NCBI GenBank assembly: GCA_036846145.1
Contig: DAIUCM010000003.1
Coordinates: 7,022 to 71,021 of the forward strand
From: Bacteroidota bacterium
GTDB taxonomy: Bacteria > Bacteroidota > Bacteroidia > CAILMK01
Direction of reading: 5' to 3'
Length of the DNA: 64,000 nt
The notes beneath the pieces are model-generated. The model saw only the letters and a program-made list of their open reading frames with translations, had not been told where the DNA came from and searched no databases. Below, piece by piece: positions 61,901 through 64,000 of this stretch (its first letter is position 1; each line of letters starts with the position of its first letter). Both the position numbers and the translations under genes were made by a program.

Positions 61901-62835
61901 TTTTTTAGGGTAAGCTTCTGGTTGTTCTCCAGTGTGCGGTTAAGGCATGTGCTCTGGTAATGAGTTGGCGTAACTTTCAGGTCGGGGTAAATCTGGCTGA
62001 TGACAACGCCGGCAGTTGTGTTATAGGTTTCGCATATTTTGTTGTTGCAGCCCCAGGTAGTCATAAATTTTTCATCGAGCTTGGAGCAGGCTTTCACCGT
62101 AAGATATTCCTGCAACAAAATGGTTTCGCTTTTATCCAGGTAGCCATCTTTATTACCAATATTCTTAAAATCTGTACTGTTGAAAATTAACTTAAGCGTA
62201 TCGTTGCTTTGTGTATATTTTTTACCTTTCAGCGAATCTATTTTTACATCTTTTGCCTGAACAATATAAAAGGTAAACCCTGCAATTTTTCCATTTCCTG
62301 TATTGGTGAAAACTATGCGCCTCGAAAACGTATCGCCAGGTGAACCTACATAACTCTGGTTGCTGATTTTGCTGATGCTGAGTGTTGGAACATTTACAGC
62401 ATAAGTAGATGAAAAAGCAGAATCTTTACCACCGGTGTAAGTAAGCAGTGCCAGGTTGCGTATGGTACCGCTGTTGTTGATATAACCAATTACATCACAA
62501 TCTGCAACGGCCTTCAGCGTAAACTTGGCAGAATCTCCGGGTTTTAAAGTGGGAACAGAAAAAACAGGTGCAGAAAGGTTGCTGATGTTGCTTTCAGAAA
62601 CGCTGGTGCCGCTTACAGAGCTTTTAACGTACCTGAACCCCGGGGGCATTTTATAGGTAACTTTTGCAGAGCTGAAAGTATCTTTTGTACCGGAATTGGT
62701 AACTTTCAGCTGGAAAACAGCCGTATCTGTACAAACGCTAAGGCTGGTGGGCAGCCTGAAAGTAAATGCAGCCTGTGCCCATGCTGCAGATTGCAGAAAA
62801 CATAAAAATACAACCAGGAGCGCAGTTTTCCTCAT
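49999..62835 (-). CDS. Giant T9SS type-B (gliding-motility-associated C-terminal domain) surface protein: Ig/DUF11-like N-terminal region, six AG.D..IC repeats, twelve FN3-like domain pairs
   Basis: Signal peptide MRKTALL...AWA from ATG 62835; C-terminal YIPNAFSP...DG.ND.F...IYNRWG...WDG.Y.G...G.Y.Y. Confidence 0.92.
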   Translation of the reverse strand: MRKTALLVVFLCFLQSAAWAQAAFTFRLPTSLSVCTDTAVFQLKVTNSGTKDTFSSAKVTYKMPPGFRYVKSSVSGTSVSESNISNLSAPVFSVPTLKPGDSAKFTLKAVADCDVIGYINNSGTIRNLALLTYTGGKDSAFSSTYAVNVPTLSISKISNQSYVGSPGDTFSRRIVFTNTGNGKIAGFTFYIVQAKDVKIDSLKGKKYTQSNDTLKLIFNSTDFKNIGNKDGYLDKSETILLQEYLTVKACSKLDEKFMTTWGCNNKICETYNTTAGVVISQIYPDLKVTPTHYQSTCLNRTLENNQKLTLKNSGNGPAYNVVVDIFQTIYYPGGYYDTVQSRIDENSIKIKYGSGTASKTKADSLFKTTSKPCLNYSGAIGRFIKIIPVIKAGETVELTWDVYSCCAAQGYINTWGYKVDYTEQCKAKNYTTGLQGANYRIYQAYTDNVASTTDLIVNDTVNYSIISTGYNELFPQGSKARLVYELTLPSGVNVRTSGIRLNHYTGSPGWRPSSTVTSGSRLTLTFAYPPPTGFDLSNSYLEMGMAADTSSGKGSCGDVKKISLRVRYTADDTCASCTQNLLLDTFTVKFNCGNPKRVGMQNLSVNVARTSFGLPDNNDDGKPDATGSLNFSKIATDRVMYGDTFKIDFKGIVRVKGTPTIFHHGIADIKFSDDYFEPVGFEVRIVDSANNKVYTCDKMPTYERNGANYRFFFHYDSLKTKGCSTTLASGYRYRSGDSVQIRIFYRVTTNNYGMKKVAVNNMFFFGANPNPTRLRDYYYIDNFPGYINVAGYYHTYYAYTPGQHTGCNTISLMQSYYLSIGPCCANYSGGNLFPYEYRYWSHAKKFKTVLPPGYEYVNAGVYYYPTEGTGKYGTYYSSVWLREKVGDTLFFDIDSLYTPGGGSWYYSDDGYAGTMVVNARATCNTIPGVYHPVIQYQTYEHDSKLSGSDLTFQNYTTVMWQPPNIALQPALKTVNTVTDTFSWTVYLSNNHASADIDKAWLAFYSENKKIEIDSVKLSTGIKYPQDNGVYKLATLKGGETKILKLHARIKTCERDSIKLVMGWNCDDYPDSAKQYKCKADTLVLYADPKQPGVQVRMVSAPDSMYLCDTAKYVVEVANTKTGFASESQVDLLLKPGVKLVKGTSYLEYPVGSKPVKISDPDSLNPFLFRFSARKMSSKIDSFGFSGSTDTLLNTFKIYTSIVTDCEFISGSNLEFAANSYNLCSQQVNASSTVSPPLYLRGAVAPYLSRISIRTGSINACGPGTQLTVKMLNMGNGSTDTADNIFLLLPKGLSLDNSFYKKIKNTPADSTREELIINNQKRISWKLPVGVVSGDSVVFSVWLKADSSTACSNPQLFLQSTTRKALTCISDNSTCYSRIETGRLLQTIEIKKPQIVLSGFSAFAKNNASGGEAITIKINIKNTGDTLKPGKGQLVRFYLDTDGNRKFSSGDKEIGADTITSALKPNSSISLTKTFNIAAGKNCALVAYWDSTGTNCSCTPAQAYLGSIPLRNAGTDTAACFGQAITLGQDSIKGYQYRWWPGSLVADSTKSLTTFTGKNTGSNTQIHRLVLITTRPGNCTVRDTIVVKSYPDFKIDPGYEKTICYGGTANIGGSPTFSGGSTAGVTYIWQPKNGLNADNIANPKASPKQTTWYKLTVVQNGCAKTDSVMVEVLDIPVADAGNDKNICQGDTVKLGGTVVASSGRSPYNYAWSPSTGLSATTATNPNAYPGSTTSYILTVTDANGCKGYDTVTVTVNKNPVADAGKDANICAGDSIKIGGSKAASGGISPYTYIWQPSKGLNDSTAANPYAKPLTTTTYTLTVTDAKGCTNSASVKITVNSLPVAAAGKNREICCGDTVAIGGSPTASGGTGTYTYLWMPDKHISSKTAANPRVFPSATTTYKVKVTDTKGCFSFDSVKITVNALPIIEAGKNDTICETDTLKLGATAKASYKYSWSPGRLMKDSTVLNPYIYPAKNTSFVLTATDAKGCVSKDTIHIFVRSRKALAAPEIKCALVLDSARIQLNWDSIPANIEFKNYKIYRKKGAGNAVLVASITNRGTLTFTDSVANDAFSQPYSYFISTVNKCHVEGKSSENLGTIILKGTQAGDKILNLSWNAPYKGTLKYTLEYNTGSGFKAYDSTTKTNYRLQACRLKANYRIKFVLNSGCTIYSNATPVFELKDTTPPAVNKLLLATADSWNKISLQFDASDSADVKKYKIYRAENKGNFTFMVNVQGKGKLFTYTDANVYAQKNFYTYKISVEDTCGNISGYTTAHTPVLLTGAAGNYQASLQWKPYKGFAIKRQELQLYHNGAWKNIYTFSATDTQFTDAPLPCNIARIYRIKTVGTDSSLASFSDSIIVTPFDTVKPAVPQLNYVTVNPNTGVTLSWQKVADPDVKNYVIYRSGSNSANWQAIDTAGNTSNYTDKPNALQDSIWQYAISALDSCAFNESNSSQLHNTILLKAKVNGCEQAAYLSWNPYINWKNGVQHYLVYRSKANTAEILLDSTTATSWKDTAIDFRNIYTYRVEAVEKKINAKSSSNTINIQTANPGTPEILFATKQNTSADSGRILVKWEVKNPSIYAAYRKLFYRNSRTGSYTLLADNLPLKQDTFLHTGLNTRAGYHDYLLQMIDSCGNVSDSSVIHTPVDITVKIGQLVHTLHWSPYSGWPKNTYVVQKWNGAKFYDLDTIPGNDTSLRKFPAPCNTDIFYRIKSIGPKGQTSYSDTMGGRAIDSIPPNATTLKNVSVLNGKSVQVDFTGADSLDIYAYAIQRSNGSGWTTAGQVLFTQPADNHIFIDKINTWQNQLCYTIITLDSCLNAAASDTFCTIQLGGKEQNLANQVYWLPFKGYNIDTYYVQHLINNNWDTLASVKGNDTAYYHSPLPCNVPVSYRIAGVQHGGYLTLSDSVTLVPFDTIKPQAPVIDFISVLDKQSFRTQWQLSADKDVKLYELQVRSENGSWQVEDTLDRKTTYIVTAKNTLDSAYFFRVVAIDSCADNRSVPATAHKTIQLKGTPKNLASALQWNAYEGFDVKNYVVYRWQNAAFMPIDTVNGNTLGYLDTGLQCNVPFIYKVSALENNGKFISFSDSVSVTPFDTIKPPAPTIHFATVLRNGSIALYWKKSVPDVKLYEIWADDGKGWKVKDTISGLLETTINGLNTAGGNYCFRIAAIDSCAENKSAYSVAHCPVQLNGKSGNLASHLSWSSYKGFSVAKYYIYVYDKKWLKADSVNGSEIQYTHTNLPCNVPVTYKIGALDAGGQFLSYSDSIVLTPFDTIKPAATTLKYAGVLPDRSIEIAWQWNRNTDVKYFEVWRSKGQESFRKIANVVYDSQFVDTQVQPGSSAYRYYIVSVDSCNSLNRSAPSDTDQIMNVQLHTGGCKPFVKLSWSAYTELPQLTDIYEIYRATDGGTFSKIAETNANTRYFTDTLVLADVAYQYKIKAVDSESGYSSFSDTAVAVPWIFPLADSNQIAYTSIRKTGKTNGEILVNWHRYNFTADTFARGYRLYRSTVAAGPYKLIYTTNNFYDTAYIDAGKNTSDSAHFYYVTVYNSCYVNGPASRLHQPVNLAVENRNLASALSWNKYRGEAVLYYEIHRNKNKEGYKKIATLSAGDSAYLDTTVLCKQQYSYQVFAHLSNGKISLSDVETVTSFDTIPPQKPDLLVLSVDKSHARFGEISLKFKGNKEPNRSGYRIFSKALNGSFVPFDDYFHTKADTVAWKEFPISSSKVPFTCFVAALDSCGNISMPSDTHTTVYLSAKAYSGYMQLSWSPYIGFRNTYSYKVERSKDNISWTTISTLPQDVFSLRDSLVECKQFYMYRIVSAEDKTGAVSYSNVPGDTAFETDLPVAAEIKYVTVSAPGTIHISWNASSSKDAAYYHLYRSNDMGKTWEEIAYGLTGTAYNDNGKNTFGTVYQYKILTEDKCGNIAANYSEPHGTIKLRANAGNEKVDVNWNAYLGWAPDAYRVYRDGLLLTTLPGNALTYTDTAVICINTYEYQVLALKYGEDTLFSASNADTAKPYDYNKPQSVYLKTATVSQPNSEVQLVWEPSVSKDVKGYNIYRRNGNTGFYEFVDSTGNTTFTDKAGPITASHCYYIEPYDYCGNTGAWSNKGCLIILFGDAKSGENHLAWNPYEAWKNNTQHYNIYRNDDSSGWRKINTISNIKYTDRAFADTTIAQFCYKVEAVEMGTGEVSFSTVTCLQQQPVVYIPNAFSPGEKDGINDLFAPGGLYIKNYKMLIYNRWGQLVYENNKARGWDGNYRGKPCTVGIYLYRIEIESFNGEKTWHEGTLMLLR

Positions 62836-63087
62836 TTTCAATGGGTGACGATACAACAAAGAAATAAAAAATGCAGCAAAACACCAAGCTTTTAACGGCT
62901 TATAAATTATTCGTTTTCAATAACTGCCATACTAAAATACCAATATAAGGAGTTTACATAACTAATGCTGCAGGCTCCATATATTACTAAGTCCAAAAAT
63001 GCTTTGGCATACACTATGTGGATATCTTGGGCATTTTATGGTTTTCGCTGTGTAAAAATTTGGTTCACATTCCACCATTGCTTAGCC

Positions 63088-63106
63088 TATATTTGATTTA
63101 ATTTTG
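63088..63106 (+). promoter_or_regulatory. Bacteroidota sigma-ABfr -7 elements upstream of ftsK
   Basis: TATATTTG 63088-63095 and TAATTTTG 63099-63106. Confidence 0.5.
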
Positions 63107-63137
63107 AAAGTTCTGTCAAGAAAAGCACCCTCCATAT

Positions 63138-64000
63138 ATGGCACCACGTGAAAATACTTTTAAGAACGAGTTTAAAACACCGGAGCAGCCGGGCAAGAAA
63201 AAGGCTGCGGTAAAAGTAAAAGAGAAGGAAACCGCCGGGCGCAAAGGCCAGGTAAGAAAAGTTAGCGGCCTGGTACTGCTTAGCTTTTCAGTGTTTATGC
63301 TGCTGGCCATGGTTTCTTTTATGAGTTCCTGGCAAACAGACCAAAGCCTTATTGCGCAGCTGGACTGGGAAACCATAAAAAAAGCCAACCCCGAAATGAC
63401 CGAGAACCACATGGGTATTTTTGGCGCATGGCTTTCGCACCTGCTTATTTACCGCTGGTTTGGGCTGGCCTCTTTTATTTTCGTACCGCTGGTTTTCCTC
63501 ACCGGCTTCAGGCTGCTTTTTGATGCAAAAAACGTAAAACTTGCCAAAATGTATACACTTTCCAGCATCAGCATATTTTTCTTTTCGCTGCTGTTTGGCT
63601 ATGTAAGCAACCAGTTTACCGGTATTTTTGGTCAAAATATAGATTTTTTTGGCGGCGCGCTGGGCTACCAGCTGCAGTTATGGCTCAGCGGGGTGTTAGG
63701 CGCTATTGGTGTTGCGTTGCTGCTTACCATTTCGGCCATGAGCTTTTTTACCGTAATGTTCGATATCAATTTCACCTTGCCAACATTCCGCAAAAGAGAA
63801 GAACCCCTGCTATATAACGATCCTTTAGAAAATGCTTCAGCACAGGCAGTTGGTAATTTTGCGCAAAGCAAAGCCGCAGATTCCAAAAGCCCGGAAAGCG
63901 TATTAGATGAAATTGAGGAACAAGATGAGGATGAGTTTAAGCTGATTGTATTGCCGGAAAAAGGTGTAGCAGTTGCACCACCGGAACCTGTAGCAACGCC
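63138..64000 (+). CDS. ftsK: DNA translocase FtsK, N-terminal 4TM domain and start of linker (runs off the window; absent from the ORF track)
   Basis: Translated by hand: MAPRENTF...SFMSSWQTDQS...ENHMGIFGAWLSHLL..RWFGLASF...GGALG, then an acidic linker. Confidence 0.8.
   Translation, partial: MAPRENTFKNEFKTPEQPGKKKAAVKVKEKETAGRKGQVRKVSGLVLLSFSVFMLLAMVSFMSSWQTDQSLIAQLDWETIKKANPEMTENHMGIFGAWLSHLLIYRWFGLASFIFVPLVFLTGFRLLFDAKNVKLAKMYTLSSISIFFFSLLFGYVSNQFTGIFGQNIDFFGGALGYQLQLWLSGVLGAIGVALLLTISAMSFFTVMFDINFTLPTFRKREEPLLYNDPLENASAQAVGNFAQSKAADSKSPESVLDEIEEQDEDEFKLIVLPEKGVAVAPPEPVAT

Noticed and set aside
50026-62190. Numerous plus-strand ORFs of 60-220 aa (e.g. 56020-56661, 60424-61089)
   Set aside because: Antisense shadows of the giant gene, with no motifs
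63116-63886. Three minus-strand ORFs at the window end
   Set aside because: Antisense to ftsK, which the ORF track missed because it has no stop in the window
1-64000. CRISPR array, rRNA, intact tRNA or IS transposase
   Set aside because: No regularly spaced repeats, full cloverleaf or transposase motifs seen by eye

Overview
Bacteroidota DNA, judged from T9SS C-terminal sorting domains, TAnnTTTG promoter elements and a Bacteroidota-type integrase and FtsK. The window has two parts. (1) 1 to about 49,560 is the right-hand part of a composite genomic island. It carries a Czc-type RND/P1B-ATPase metal-efflux operon (1-7.9 kb); decayed T9SS cargo, ggt and a beta-propeller lipoprotein (8-13 kb); a long copper-handling operon with Csp3-like, DUF305, CopB, CopZ and a two-gene split CusA (13-25.5 kb); a block with repeated FNR/CRP-like boxes encoding an ATP-cone/PD-(D/E)XK nuclease, P2 ATPase, beta-CASP nuclease, archaeal-type AMP/thymidine phosphorylase and a Prs homologue (25.6-36.9 kb); and a RepL, type I R-M, DUF2335, Macro-like, XRE, Xis-like and tyrosine integrase module ending at a putative tRNA-Leu 3-prime fragment (att). 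(2) About 49,560-64,000 looks like host backbone: a 12.8 kb gene for a roughly 4,280 aa T9SS type-B repeat surface protein, and the 5-prime part of ftsK. The best candidate for an undescribed system is the co-regulated ATP-cone nuclease / beta-CASP / NMP phosphorylase / Prs-like nucleotide module. All family calls come from motif recognition; no database searches were run.
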